Made by a program: the position numbers and the translations under genes. DNA of 63,765 nt, the filler included, from Octopus bimaculoides (Eukaryota), in the NCBI RefSeq assembly GCF_001194135.2. It is 9 parts of 8 records of this genome, joined end to end, with 100 filler letters (N's around TTAATTAATTAA, not from the genome) between each part and the next. Parts side by side here need not be neighbours in the genome. Positions count along the whole stretch, not along the records: positions 33,364 to 43,004 come from NC_068982.1; positions 43,105 to 50,266 come from NC_068996.1; positions 50,367 to 55,762 come from NC_068992.1; 6 more parts are not named here. One strand, written 5' to 3'. Shown here one piece after another: positions 39,531 to 53,184 of the stretch (within the stretch, counting starts at the first letter, position 1; every line of letters begins with the position of its first letter). The notes beneath the pieces were generated by a model. It was not told where the DNA came from. It saw nothing but the letters and a program-made list of their open reading frames with translations, and made no database searches.

Positions 39531-41923
39531 CAAATGAAAGAATTAAAGAGAGCATGTCTGTGTACGTAGATGAACATGCACATACATTCGTATGCTAAAA
39601 GGAAATAAGAATTTTAAAGAAAGTTATATATAACAAAAATAAACAATAATTAGATTGCTAGATAGATAAAAACAAAAAAAAAAGAGTGAAATCAGATGAA
39701 GAAGAGAAAAAATAGAGAAGCGGAGGAAGAACTAGAACAAGAGGAGTGATTAAGAAAGCAATATAAAATAATGAGAAAGACTTCTTGCTCTGTTTAAAAT
39801 GTTGCTCAATATTCCACCATCTCCCTGACAAAATTACAGCCGCAAGGATAAACAAATGTTTAAACAGACAAGATAGATGGAGAGATGGATAGACGTAGAG
39901 TTATTTGTTAGCTGGAAGGAATGTTGTGTCATTGACTATTATTGATACGGTAGTAAAGGGGGGGGGAGGTATTGAAAATGGTAATAGTTATTGTTGTTTC
40001 TGTTGTTTAGCCTCCAGGTCATCAATCATCAAAGGCATTCCAGCCATGATCATCCAGTCTTTCCTTTTGTTTTCATTGTTTGTCTTTGGATATTTTTTAT
40101 TCAATATATCATCCAGCTTTCATTTTTTTTTAACTTGTAGGATATGATTGGATGGTGTATTTTTAGCTACTATTCCTTTTACATTTTTTCCTGCTTTGCA
40201 ACTATGTGGTTTTGGATTTAGTCCCACCGCATAGCACCTTGGGCAAGAATCTCCTAATATAGCTCTGGGCCAATGCTCTATGACTGAATTTGGTAGATGG
40301 AAACTGTTTGGAAGCCCATTATATATATATATATATATATATNNNNNNNNNNNNNNNNNNNNNNNNNNNNNNNNNNNNNNNNNNNNNNNNNNNNNNNNNN
40401 NNNNNNNNNNNNNNNNNNNNNNNNNNNNNNNNNNNNNNNNNNNNNNNNNNNNNNNNNNNNNNNNNNNNNNNNNNNNNNNNNNNNNNNNNNNNNNNNNNNN
40501 NNNNNNNNNNNNNNNNNNNNNNNNNNNNNNNNNNNNNNNNNNNATTAAAGTATTTATGCATTTAACACGAGCGATTGTATATATATTTTATAATATATTA
40601 TTATTTATATCAGGAAATTAATATTAGAAAATTCATCAGAAAGATATATACATGTGTAGAGTAATTGTAGTATTAAAACTATATGTAAAATTATATGTAA
40701 ATATGTATAAGTATAAATATATAATATAAAATAATAAATATATCAGTTTAAAAATTTTAAATTAGGTTTTAAATTATCTTATGATCGTTTCACAAAAGCG
40801 CTGTCCTAATAATGGAATCCTATATTGATAAGTATTTATAGACAACTCTTCTGCTCTTCAGAGATATAAAATTTAGAATTTGTATAATTTATCGAATGGT
40901 ATTTTTTTAAATATTATAGATTATTACTGAAGACCAACCAAAGAAGAAAATATGGAGTAAAGTCTTATACTAAAGTGTACTTACCAAAATGCAAAGCAGT
41001 AACTTTTAATTCTTAATATTTGATTTATATTTCAAAGAAACACCTTTTATAATATTACTTCATATCTTTAAAATACATATATATAGGCACAGGCATGGCT
41101 GTGTGGTAAGAAGCTTGCTTCTCAACTATATGGTTCCGGGTTCAATCCCACTGTGTGGCACTTTGGGCAAGTGTCACTGACCAAAGTCTTGTGAGTGGAT
41201 TTGGTAGACAGAAACTTGCCCATGACTGGTTGTTCTGTAAAAGTGGACAAAATTTTCTGGTATTTAACGTAAGTTAAGTGCACAAAATAAAACATGTGAA
41301 AAAATAAAAGGAAGTCAACAGTAAAAAAAAAAATTGCACAAAAAAAAAAAAAGATAAATGAGCAGACAGACAAAGATACACATGAGCTCATACACACACA
41401 CTCATATATACACATAAAGAGCACACATACATACACAAAATTTTTTTTCAAAAGTTGCCTTCACATCAATAGTGAAAAATTCACTTTTTTCTTTCTCCTA
41501 AGGTCCTATGTTTATCTCTGTGACTTGCTTCGATTCTCTCTCTCTCTCTCTCTCTCTCTTCCCTTTTCTTAGGTCTTCTCTCTGTCTCTCTCTCCCTCTA
41601 CTCTCCCCCAGTCAGGGATTACATTAAAATTATACTTATAACCTATCTGTGAACCGTCAGTTTAGCTTTTATCAGAAGGAAGTGTATTCAATTTTACAAG
41701 GAAATAATTATTAGAGGGAAAAGGTAAAAAAGAGATTCAGAAGAGTGAAACTAGTCAATGTGATGTGAAAGGATCAATTTTACTTGTCCTCTAACACAGG
41801 GATTGGAGAGCAACATGAAACAAAGTATTTTGCTCAAAAACACAACATAACATCCAATGTGAAAATTGAAACCACTATTTCATATTCATGATTACAACAT
41901 TCTAACCACCAGGCCATGCACCC

Positions 41924-42144
41924 TATGAGAGGGTGCTGAAAAGTTCTTGGCTTCAAAGGTACCATGAAAGGCCTGGTTGGAAGCCTAACCTTCTGAGTTC
42001 TTTTACAGGACTTAGAAAAACTGAGAGACCACTGCAATAAGTGTTTGAATCTGAGAGGGGAATATGTTGAATAAAATCATAATTAACTGGCCCTCCTGTA
42101 TTTTCTGTTACCGAAAGCAAGGAACTTTTCAGCAGCCCCTCATA
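41924..42144 (+). mobile_element. Mariner-derived MITE
   Basis: TA-flanked TIRs tgagagggtgctgaaaagttcttggct / agcaaggaacttttcagcagcccctca. The internal LEKLRDHCNKCLNLRGEYVE* is a mariner transposase C-terminus. Confidence 0.85.
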
Positions 42145-42903
42145 TATTTAAAATACCGGTTTAATAATGACAGTTATTTTACTAAATTCTTCATAATTTT
42201 CAAAATTCTTCATCGTTTTCAACAGAAATATGATAAAACAGTATTATATAAAGACGTATATTACAACTTTAACTTGAGTGGACATTGATCAACTGAATAG
42301 AGGGAATGAGGGGGTGGCATATGTCCCTTGAGTGTCCCTCATGTTTTCAAGGAAAGTGACAGTATTCAAATCTAATGTTTGAAATGTTGATCTGATCTGC
42401 TCTCCTGTTACTCATCAAAGGATTTCAACCCAACACTGCAATATAACAAAACTATGAAAGTTAGTATAAATGTATTTATAATTATTTTATCTCTGTAAGG
42501 TGTTGTGTTTATGATATCAGCATAAATCCTTTCATGTCAGCTTGTTACCGAGATAATTTAATCAAGCTTAGAAGATAAAAAAAAGAAATTATCAAATGTG
42601 ATATTTTAAACAAAAAATTTTTATATTATATCTCTGAATCATAAATCATCAGATTCCAAACAGCTAAAATTTAAAGACAGCAAAGATTAAATACATTACA
42701 TAGTTTTATAAATATTAATCAATGTCACATGTGGACATGGACATGTGATTAATAGTTTCACTTCAGAGTCGTGTGATTTAGGTTTCATTTCCACTGTGTG
42801 GCACAATAAGCCAGCATCTTCTATGATCTCAGGTTAAACAGTGCGTTCAGAAAAGAATTGATAGAGAGGAAATGTTAAAAAAACCTGAGATGAGATATAC
42901 AGG

Positions 42904-42942
<39 letters not shown>

Positions 42943-43104
42943 ATCATATAAATATAATTATTTATATATGATATATATATCATATAAATCATACATATAT
43001 ATATNNNNNNNNNNNNNNNNNNNNNNNNNNNNNNNNNNNNNNNNNNNNTTAATTAATTAANNNNNNNNNNNNNNNNNNNNNNNNNNNNNNNNNNNNNNNN
43101 NNNN

Positions 43105-43393
43105 ACTACAGTATCGAAATGTGATTGTTTCAGTTAGTGGAATAGTTTCATTTTTAAAGTGAAAGTATTTGACATAAGTGTTTTTGTTTCACTTTTGACA
43201 CGTAATACTTAAATAGTGGAGGAGATATTATGTTGCCGTGTGCTCGAACTCTGCAAGAAGTTAATAATTTTTTTGACTAAAACACAACTGGAACCCTAAG
43301 TAAGGCATGTGTAAAATTTGACTGAAATTGGTTGCGTAGTTCTCGAGTTTTAGGGATTCACACAGACAGACAGACAGACAGACAGACATTCTC

Positions 43394-43410
<17 letters not shown>
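43105..43410 (-). mobile_element. Helitron-like 5' segment
   Basis: Minus strand tatataaaaatgagaatgtctgtctgtctg...aaaactcgagaactacgcaaccaatttc. The same start occurs at 50168. Confidence 0.65.
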
Positions 43411-43424
<14 letters not shown>

Positions 43425-43580
43425 GCATATATATATACAGTATATAGCATATATATATACAGTATATAGCATATATATATATAGTATCTAGCATATATAT
43501 ATATATAGTATCTTGCATATATATATCTAGTATCTAGCATATATATATCTAGTATCTAGCATATATATATCTAGTATCTA

Positions 43581-43625
<45 letters not shown>

Positions 43626-43628
<3 letters not shown>

Positions 43629-44920
43629 TGTCTTTACCACCCTGTTGGAACAAATACAGACAAGTGAACGAACCAGTGGACTTCTTTGCTGCCTCACCTA
43701 CAACCAGCGAGGCAGTTACGATGGAATGCATCGACATTAGCCATAGATGAGGTGAATGCAAACTCAACTGCTGGTCCTGATGGTTTCCCAGCAATCCTCC
43801 TCAAATCGTGTAAGCATGCCCTGGCAAGACCCCTCCAGATTCTCTTCCAGAGCTTTCCATGAAATGGCAGGATGCCAAGCAAACTGAAGGAGGGAATAAT
43901 ATGCCCAATCCATAAAGGGGGAAGTAGAGCAGATGCCAAAAACTATAGGCCTATCTCTCTGACTTCACACATCAGCAAAGTCATGCAATGGATAGTCAGA
44001 NNNNNNNNNNCATAAAGGGGGAAGTAGAGCAGATGCCAAAAACTATAGGCCTATCTCTCTGACTTCACACATCAGCAAAGTCATGCAATGGATAGTCAGA
44101 GGGAAACTAATGGCATTCCTTGAGTGATACCCAGCATGGCTTTTGACCAGGTAGGAAGTGCCTGACCCAGCTCTTACAACATTATTACTGGGATTTGAGG
44201 CAGTAACTCAACTTATTAAATGTGGACATAACTTACCTTAATTTTGCAAAAGCCTTTGATAAAGTGGATCATGGTAGGATATGCCACAAACTGCATGATC
44301 CCAGCATAGCTGGAAAACTTGGAGAGTGGCTACATGACTTTGTAAAAGATAGAAGTCAGGTAGTAGTGGCCAAAGGAGCTACCTCAATGAAAACACAAAT
44401 AGTGAGCGGTTTTTCCATTGGGCACTGTCTTGGGACCACTGCCTTTCATAGTGGCCCTCTCAGATATACCCTCAACTGCCCGGATAGCCACCCTTGCTAG
44501 CTATGCAGACGATACAAAAGTCTTGCAGAAAATACAGAACCCTAGTGATGTTGTGCATCGGCAGGAGTTAAACTAAATTTACAGATGGGCTGATGATAAT
44601 AATATGCAGTTTAATGTTGAAAACTTTCAAGCCCTGCACTACCAGCATCCAAAACTGAATATGAAGCTTACACTGGTCTGCAGGGAATTACAATCTCAGA
44701 GCCTAAATCAATGAGGGACCTGGGTATGGACATGAGTGATGATACCTATTTCCAAGTGCAACAAAGTGCAGACGACTGGCTGGATGGATCCTGAGAACAT
44801 TCAGAACCAGAGATAAGGAAACCATGATGGTCTCTGGAGGACAGTCGTCATCAGCTACCTGGATTACTGCTCCCAGCTATGGTCACCCAACAGTGTAAAA
44901 TTAACAGCGGACCTTGAAGC
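43626..44920 (+). mobile_element. CR1-group LINE RT pseudogene
   Basis: AGPDGFPAILLK, ICPIHKGGSRADAKNYRPISLTSHISKVM, YLNFAKAFDKVDH, LGTVLGPL, SYADDTKV, with stops and frameshifts. Confidence 0.9.
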
Positions 44921-44939
44921 ATTCAAGCAATCCAGTATT

Positions 44940-46920
44940 CAATGCCTTATTTTGATAGCAACCCAATAGTCTGCCATTCACTCAGGAAGAAAAACTGTTT
45001 GTTGTCAACAAAGGGACTAGCTCAGTACTTATCCCACTTTATTCTTACTTTAGCTTTAAATGCTTTTGTGACATCCACTTCTATTACTGATTAGGCTACC
45101 TAGGTAACAGAAACTCTCAACTATTTCTTGCAAGATTTTTGGACAGTTGAAATATTGTACTTCATGGAAACTCTTACAGCTAACTTCTGTATGTTTGCTA
45201 CAGCCTGCATCTTTTGCACATCCATAATCTACATTAATTACTCTCGGAGTGGTTGGCGTTAGGAAGGGCTGTAGAAACTCTGTCAAATCAGATTGGAGCC
45301 TGGTGTAGCCATCTGGTTTCACCAGTCCTCAGTCAAATCGTCCAACCCATGCTAGCATGGAAAGCGGACGTTAATCGACGACAATGATGATGATAATATA
45401 GAGTTCCTAGCTACTTCTATTTTGCACGTCAAGCATGATCACTTCTGATGTAGTAGCTGAATTCTGTATGCTTTCCAGTTTAATTTTCTTATCTTTGCTA
45501 GGTTGAATATTTTTAAACCACTTAATTCTAGATCCTGAGCCCACATTTGAAACTTTTCCTTCAATTCTTCAAATCATTTGACAATGAGAACTAGGTCAAC
45601 ATCTTATGAAAGTTTCCATGGATAGTCAGTCTTGAACTCATTTGTTTTGGTTAGGAAAACTACAATAAACGGAAAGGTAAGAAGCAAGCCCTGAGGAACA
45701 CCTACATTCATTCTAAAATTTTCATTGAATTTATTGCTAACTCTGTTGATGAAGCTATTCATTTACATCCAATCATCTTAAGAGAACACCAGACTAAAGA
45801 ACAAGATAGCCTGTCAATGAATGTTAAATACAGTAGTTTGGTCTTGGCTAAGAACTTCTCCTGTAGATATCTCACAAAGAAGACATCAGTAGATGTCTTG
45901 GTACAAACCTAAACTGCATCTCATCTAATTAGTTGAGCTACAACTCTCATCTGATTGGTTGTGCTATAACTTTTTCTATCACTTTAATAATATTGTCCAT
46001 CTATATGATGCCTCTGCAGTTACTCTTTCTTTTTAGAGCATCTTTGTTATTGTAACAACTGACAATAAAAGTACTGACAGTCATTGGAGTTAACACCTTT
46101 CTGTCTACTTGACTGACTGTGTGTCTATCTAAGATATCTTACTTCTTTAGATATTTTCAACACCTCAGTAAGTCATGGTCCAGCTGCTTTTTTACTTGCT
46201 TTCATATCCCTTAACTGCACAACTGTCAACATTGATAGTCGATCCCTGTCTTGAATCTACCAGAAGTAAATCCTTTCTCTTCTATATGTTCACCTTATTC
46301 AGTAACCATTTATGGTAACATTTTCATAGCCTTTTCTTCTCAAAGCAGTGAGAGTGAATGCACCACGGTCATTACATATGCACTCTTTTTTCAGAAACTA
46401 CAACCTGATCTGCACAGACAACCTGTTTCATGGTTCTATACACTTTGCACTTTTCATTTTCATTGGCAAACCACTTAATGTTCAGCTTTTCTCCTTGCTT
46501 CCTGATGTTCCTGTCATTCAGTGTTGTTGCTTGCTCACCTATGTTCCATTCTTTCCAGGCCTAACTACAGTATCATTCCATCAATATGTCACCTTGTATC
46601 TGGCTGGTACCTTGCTCCATTCACAATTCTGAAACTGTGAATCACAGAAAACTGATCCATCAAAATCTCAGTTGTTGTCTATGTTCAAAGACATAGTTTC
46701 TTCCCCACTCTTGTCATAGGCATTGTTAAGTATTTCTTTAAACTTGTGTATGGCTGAGAGACATTTCAGCTTTTGTACCATTTTTCATTTGCCTTGTGTC
46801 TCTGAGTCAATCCAGTGCTTACCCTTATGTCTTAGGTCACTAATCTATGTTGAGTGGTACATCCTCTGGGAAAGACTTTGTGCCCACAACTGGTTGTCTT
46901 TTTCGCCCCCTTGTTGAGCA
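44940..46920 (-). mobile_element. Decayed RTE-clade LINE, interrupted by a LINE/SINE tail at 45245-45385
   Basis: Minus-strand motifs FPRGCTTQHRLV (EN), LQEKFLAKTKLLYLTFID, NVGVPQG, EIVESFCYLGSLIS. Confidence 0.75.
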
Positions 46921-46930
46921 TTAAAACTAT

Positions 46931-47404
46931 CTGTACATTATTTACATTGGATGGATATGTGTCCTCATCTTGTTTGTTGTTCTCACAACATTTCAGCTGA
47001 TTTACTCTCCATCCTTCATCAGGTGTCCTGGTAGAATTTTGAACACAATCCTGGGTTCTCATTCCTAAGGTATTTTTTCGCTGATATTATTATTGTTGTT
47101 GTTGTTGTTATTATTATTATTATTTTTATTTTTATTATCATTGTTTATTGAAGGCACTGCCTGGAATTGAACTCACAATCTTGGGTTAATAGCCTGCACT
47201 CTAACTGAATAAATAATAATAACAACATCAGCAAAAAAATACCTTAGGAATGAGAACCCAAGGCTGGGTTCAAAATTCTACCAGGACACCTAAAGGCTGC
47301 AAAGTAAATCAGCCGAAACAGTGTGGTAACAAGAAACATGATGAGGACACATTTCCATCCAATGTAAATAATGTACAGAATTCGTCATTGCAAAAATATA
47401 GAAC
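46931..47404. mobile_element. Divergent inverted pair of a Penelope-like short repeat with hammerhead-like motif
   Basis: Arms ~46931-47075 (-) and ~47225-47404 (+). The left arm on the minus strand reads gacac CTGATGA aggatg...cagct GAAA tgtt gtg. Confidence 0.7.
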
Positions 47405-50167
47405 AGTAAAACTATTTGGTTGGCAAATTCACCTGAGTTGTAGGCAATGAGGTTTATGGCTGATTTTCTAAGTTAGTCTTGCAGTTGTTACAGCATTTGA
47501 ATTACAGAACAGCAAATGCCATGAAACATGTTCATTTAGGTCATCACCAGTTGTGGCACAAGGATCACTGTTGTCTGTTAATGAGGTATGTATACAAATT
47601 ATGCAAATATAGTCTTGAAGAAGGCCACATAGAAATGATCTTTTTGTTCTGAAATGTACAGATTGACTACTCTCAGTTAATCACAACTTGTATGGTCAAG
47701 ACAATCTGAAGTCTGAGCATATATACAATTTGCTATATATACCGCCTGACTGGCCTTTGTGCTGGTGGCACGTAAAAGCACCCACTATACTCTCTGAGTG
47801 GTTGGTGTTAGGAAGGGCATCCAGCTGTAGAAACTCTGCCAAATCAGATTGGGGCCTGGTGTAGCCATCTAGTTTCACCAGTCCTCAGTCAAATCGTCCA
47901 ACCCATGCTAGCATGGAAAGCGGACGTTAAATGATGATGATGATGACAATGAATTGTATGTACATATACATAGGCATTTATATGAAACTAAATCCAATTC
48001 TATATTTTGTTATATATATCATCACACACATATCGAAATGTACACACTTGAGTATGACCATTTCCTATACTCCAAGGAGTTCCTTCGCATTATAATGAGT
48101 GAAGTGTGCACAGAATGTCACTCACTTTTCAGACAAAACAGCTTTCATTATTGGAGAGACCAGAAACTCAACCACAGTCAGCATTTACATCAGTGATTCC
48201 TTCTCCAAGATAAATTTTTCTAATAAGAACCAGAGATTGATCATTCTCAAGTCATCATATAGTGCATTTGTTCATCATGATGAGTATTTCATTACATCTC
48301 TCAGAGCCTAGGTTAGGTAACTGTTGACCTTATGTTGGGTTCATCTGTATTTCTGACAGGTAGTTTTTGTCCTGCTGTGTTTCTAGCAACCTACTTACCA
48401 GGCATACCTGTTGGATGGGAGAACCAGTTTAGTTGCTGATGATCTGACCATGCAACAGGCTCTATTGAATTACATGTTAGTAGTACCACTCATGAGCAAC
48501 CTAACTTTATAAGTATATATATATATATGTGTGTATACATATCTGTCTGTCTATACTACATATAAACACATATGTATAATCATTGTTTAATGTCAATTTT
48601 CCATGCTGGCATGGGTTGGATGGTTTGACTGAGGTCTGGGAAGCTAGTAGGCTGCACCAGGCTCCAATCTGATCTGGCAATGTTTCTACAGCTGGATGCC
48701 TTTCCTAACACCAGCCACTCCAAGAGCGTAGTGGGCGCTTTTTATGTGCCACCAGCACAGGACCCAGTCAGGGGGTACTGGCATTAGTCATGATTGGTTG
48801 GTGCTTTTTGTGTACCACCGGCACAGGAGCCAGTCAGGTGGACCTGGCATCAGATGGTGCTTTTTACGTACCACCGGTATGGGAGCCAGTGAGGGGTCAC
48901 TGGCCCCAGCTACGATATTGGTTTTACTTGACTCAACAGGTCTTCTCATGCATATCCTATCGCCTGACGCATCAGGGGTATTCTTAACAGGACTGGACAT
49001 GTGTGACTGCAATCTCACTTTAGTTGCTGGGTCTTCTCAATCACAGCATATCGCCAAAGGTCCCAGTCTCCTGTCATTGCCCCTGTGAGGTCCAATGTTC
49101 AAAAGTCATGCTTCACCACCTCATCCCATGTCTTCCTGGGTCTACCTCTTCCACAAGTTCCTTCTACAGTTAGGGAGTGACATCTCCTCACAGAGTTGTC
49201 TTCATTCATATGTAACACACGGCCATACCAGCACAATCATCCTCATCANNNNNNNNNNNNNNNNNNNNNNNNNNNNNNNNNNNNNNNTGAGGTCCAATGT
49301 TCAAAAGTCATGCTTCACCACCTCATCCCATGTCTTCCTGGGTCTACCTCTTCCACAAGTTCCTTCTACAGTTAGGGAGTGACATCTCCTCACAGAGTTG
49401 TCTTCATTCATATGTAACACACGGCCATACCAGCACAATCATCCTCATCATTGTTTAATGTCCATTTTCCATGCATGCATGAGTAGGATGGTTGGTAGGA
49501 GCTGGCCAGGTAGAAAAACTACCCAATTGTTTGTTTTGGCAGGTATTTTACAGCTGGATGCCCTTCCTAACACTGACCACTCCACAGAGTGAACTCAGTG
49601 CTTTTTATGTGGCACTAGCATAGGCAAGGTTAGTTTTGGCATGATTTTTACAGCTGGATGTCCTTCCAAACACCAACCACATTACAGTGCGGATTGGACG
49701 CTATATATATATCTTGGTGTGTGTGTGTGTGTCTATGTTTGTGTCTGTTCATCTTGACATCCCAATAGTTGTAAATATGTGTCATTGTTATAGAAGCAGT
49801 GTCACTCATATTCTGCAAAATCATGTCTATTCATGATTATCTTACTTAGAAATGGATGAGGGTTAGTGACACGAGGAGCATCCAGCTGTAGAAAATCTAC
49901 CTCAATAAACTCCATCCAACTCATGCAAGCATGGAAAAGTGGACATTAAATGATGATGATATATATATATGTGTGTGTGTGTGTGTTTGTACAAGTTTTT
50001 ACAACTGGTTGTTTGAAGCTGGTATGAATTGGATGAGGTGTATTAGAGCAGTACTCTAATGGCTAGATATGCTTCCTGTTGCCAATGTTTATAATACCAA
50101 AACAAGACATTTTTATTCTATTTGTCTGCACACATTGAAACAAAAGACATGTTGTTTACAGGAGTCA

Positions 50168-50219
50168 TCTATATATATAAAAATGAGAATGTCTGTGTGT
50201 GTGTGTGTGTGTGTGTGTT

Positions 50220-50266
<47 letters not shown>
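50168..50266 (+). mobile_element. Helitron-like 5' terminus running into a gap
   Basis: A|TCTATATATATAAAAATGAGAATGTCTG followed by (TG)n. Confidence 0.6.
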
Positions 50267-50476
50267 NNNNNNNNNNNNNNNNNNNNNNNNNNNNNNNNNN
50301 NNNNNNNNNNTTAATTAATTAANNNNNNNNNNNNNNNNNNNNNNNNNNNNNNNNNNNNNNNNNNNNTATATATATATATATATATACATATATATACATG
50401 CATGTATATATATTATATATATATACCTATGTAGTGGTAGACTGTATATATAGGAAACATCAGTGGATATTTTATA

Positions 50477-51630
50477 TTGCGTCATCCCATAAATAATGCA
50501 GTTTTTTCAATTGCATGAAATAAAAGTCGGAGGGGGAAGGATAAACTACTTGTATCAACTTGCTATAAAAACAGGTAGTAATTTTACCTAGTACTTATTC
50601 TTAGTCCACGTTTTGAAGAATGCAGTTCCATTTTAATAGTAATTTTTTTAGAAGCTATAATATAAGTGACAAAGCAGCATATTCGGCATATTTTGCTTTA
50701 TGAGTTCAATAAAGGCAACAACGCAACGGAAAGTGCGAGGAAGATTAATGTAGTATGTGGGAATCGGTCAATAAGCGTAAGCCAGTATCAACGGTGGTTT
50801 CAGAAATTCCTAACCGGAAACTACAGCCTAGAATCCAACCCTCGTTCTGGAAGATCTGTAGAGCTCCACGAAGACGTCCTGTAAACCCTGGTGAAACGGA
50901 TCCCATCGTAACTGTTGAACTAGCAGAGAAACTTGAATTTGGTCATTCAACCATTCATCTGTGTGCCATCGGAAAAGTCAGCATATTGGGACAATGAGTT
51001 CCTCACAAACTTTCGAGTTTAACCACGCGTAGAGAGATTGTGTGCTCTTCTTTGCTGTCACGTCTCACGAATGAACCTTTTTTGGACCGAATAGTGACCG
51101 AATAGTGACAATAAATAGGTTCTCTATTAAAATGTCAAGTGCCGAAGACAGTGGGTAGCAAAAGGAGAAACACCTGCATCCCAGGCTAAAGAAGGTCTTC
51201 ACCCACGTAAGGTGTTTCATGGGATATGAAAGGTTTAGTCCATTTTGAACTTTAAAACCCAAATCAAACGATAACAAAGGAGATCTACTGCGAACAGCTT
51301 GAGCGGCGTGCCTCAGCGCTAGAAGAAAAACGACCATCTTTGGTTTCAAGACGAAAGGTGTTCTTCCATCACGATAATTCTCGGCCACATACAGCGAGGA
51401 TGACATTCCAAAGGCTTGAGCAGTTTGAATGGGAAACGATGCCCCACGCACTATATTCGCCGGACATTGCTCCATCTGATTATCACTTATTCTGCAGTCT
51501 TCGAAATCATTTAAGGCGGCGAGCTGGCAGAAACGTTAGCACACCGGGCGAAATGCTTAGCTGTATTTCGTCTGATAGATGGAGGAACATTGTAGAAAAT
51601 AAAAGAGAGTATATTTTAGATTAAAGAAGA
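50477..51630 (+). mobile_element. Mariner DNA transposon, disrupted transposase
   Basis: MTKQHIRHILLYEFNKGNNATESARKIN...QRWFQKF...PRSGR; FFHHDNSRPHTA...WETMPHALYSPDIAPSDYHLF; DRWRNIVENKREYILD*. Left end is TA|ttgcgtcatcccataa; the right end is lost in a gap. Confidence 0.92.
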
Positions 51631-52843
51631 ANNNNNNNNNNNNNNNNNNNNNNNNNNNNNNNNNNNNNNNNNNNNNNNNNNNNNNNNNNNNNNNNNNNNN
51701 NNNNNNNNNNNNNNNNNNNNNNNNNNNNNNNNNNNNNNNNNNNNNNNNNNNNNNNNNNNNNNNNNNNNNNNNNNNNNNNNNNNNNNNNNNNNNNNNNNNN
51801 NNNNNNNNNNNNNNNNNNNNNNNNNNNNNNNNNNNNNNNNNNNNNNNNNNNNNNNNNNNNNNNNNNNNNNNNNNNNNNNNNNNNNNNNNNNNNNNNNNNN
51901 NNNNNNNNNNNNNNNNNNNNNNNNNNNNNNNNNNNNNNNNNNNNNNNNNNNNNNNNNNNNNNNNNNNNNNNNNNNNNNNNNNNNNNNNNNNNNNNNNNNN
52001 NNNNNNNNNNNNNNNNNNNNNNNNNNNNNNNNNNNNNNNNNNNNNNNNNNNNNNNNNNNNNNNNNNNNNNNNNNNNNNNNNNNNNNNNNNNNNNNNNNNN
52101 NNNNNNNNNNNNNNNNNNNNNNNNNNNNNNNNNNNNNNNNNNNNNNNNNNNNNNNNNNNNNNNNNNNNNNNNNNNNNNNNNNNNNNNNNNNNNNNNNNNN
52201 NNNNNNNNNNNNNNNNNNNNNNNNNNNNNNNNNNNNNNNNNNNNNNNNNNNNNNNNNNNNNNNNNNNNNNNNNNNNNNNNNNNNNNNNNNNNNNNNNNNN
52301 NNNNNNNNNNNNNNNNNNNNNNNNNNNNNNNNNNNNNNNNNNNNNNNNNNNNNNNNNNNNNNNNNNNNNNNNNNNNNNNNNNNNNNNNTATATATATGCA
52401 CATATATGTATGTGCATGACTATATTAATACGTCTATGTATATGTATATATATATATATGTTTTTTTTTCTCCATCTTTCTGAGACAGTTATTACTTGCC
52501 CTTCATATATAGTTACTTTCTGTCTTTTGTTTCTTCTCGCCCAATTTATATATTGCCTGTCCGTGACATCATCTCCAGTTACATATATCGTTCAGTCAAA
52601 TGAGTAACTGTCATTAGTCAAATCGCGACTGAAGACGTGTACATTTACCGAAACGTCAGAATATTGGGCAATGTGATCACTAAGCATTTCATTTCATTTC
52701 TGTATACTTTATATTTCAGGTTTACTCTTTCGTTTGTTTAATTTACATGCCATACAGTCACGAGGGAACCCCCCGAGGCCCTTTACTCCAGTTTCCATCC
52801 TCAGAGCACCCCATGGCAAGGCTAAAAGCATTCCAATGATAGA

Positions 52844-53005
52844 GTTCTATATTTAAGAGATGAGGAATTATGTGCATTATTTACATTTTACGGATATTTC
52901 TCCTCATCTTATTTGTTGTTAACACAACGTTTCGGCTGATATACCTTTCAGTCTCCATCAGGTGTCTTGGGGAAATTTTCCTAACGTATATTTCGATGTT
53001 GTTGC

Positions 53006-53042
<37 letters not shown>

Positions 53043-53093
53043 CTTCTTCTTCTTCTTCTTCTTCTTCTTCTTCTTCTTCTTCTTCTTCTTCTT

Positions 53094-53184
<91 letters not shown>

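Noticed and set aside
43911-44100. Exact 90-bp direct repeat either side of 10 Ns
   Set aside because: Unmerged contig overlap across a gap.
48390-48410. ctacttaccagg resembling the U1 snRNA 5' end
   Set aside because: The similarity stops after about 10 nt; no U1 stem-loops or Sm site follow.
49086-49449. Exact ~163-bp direct repeat either side of a short gap
   Set aside because: Same overlap artefact.
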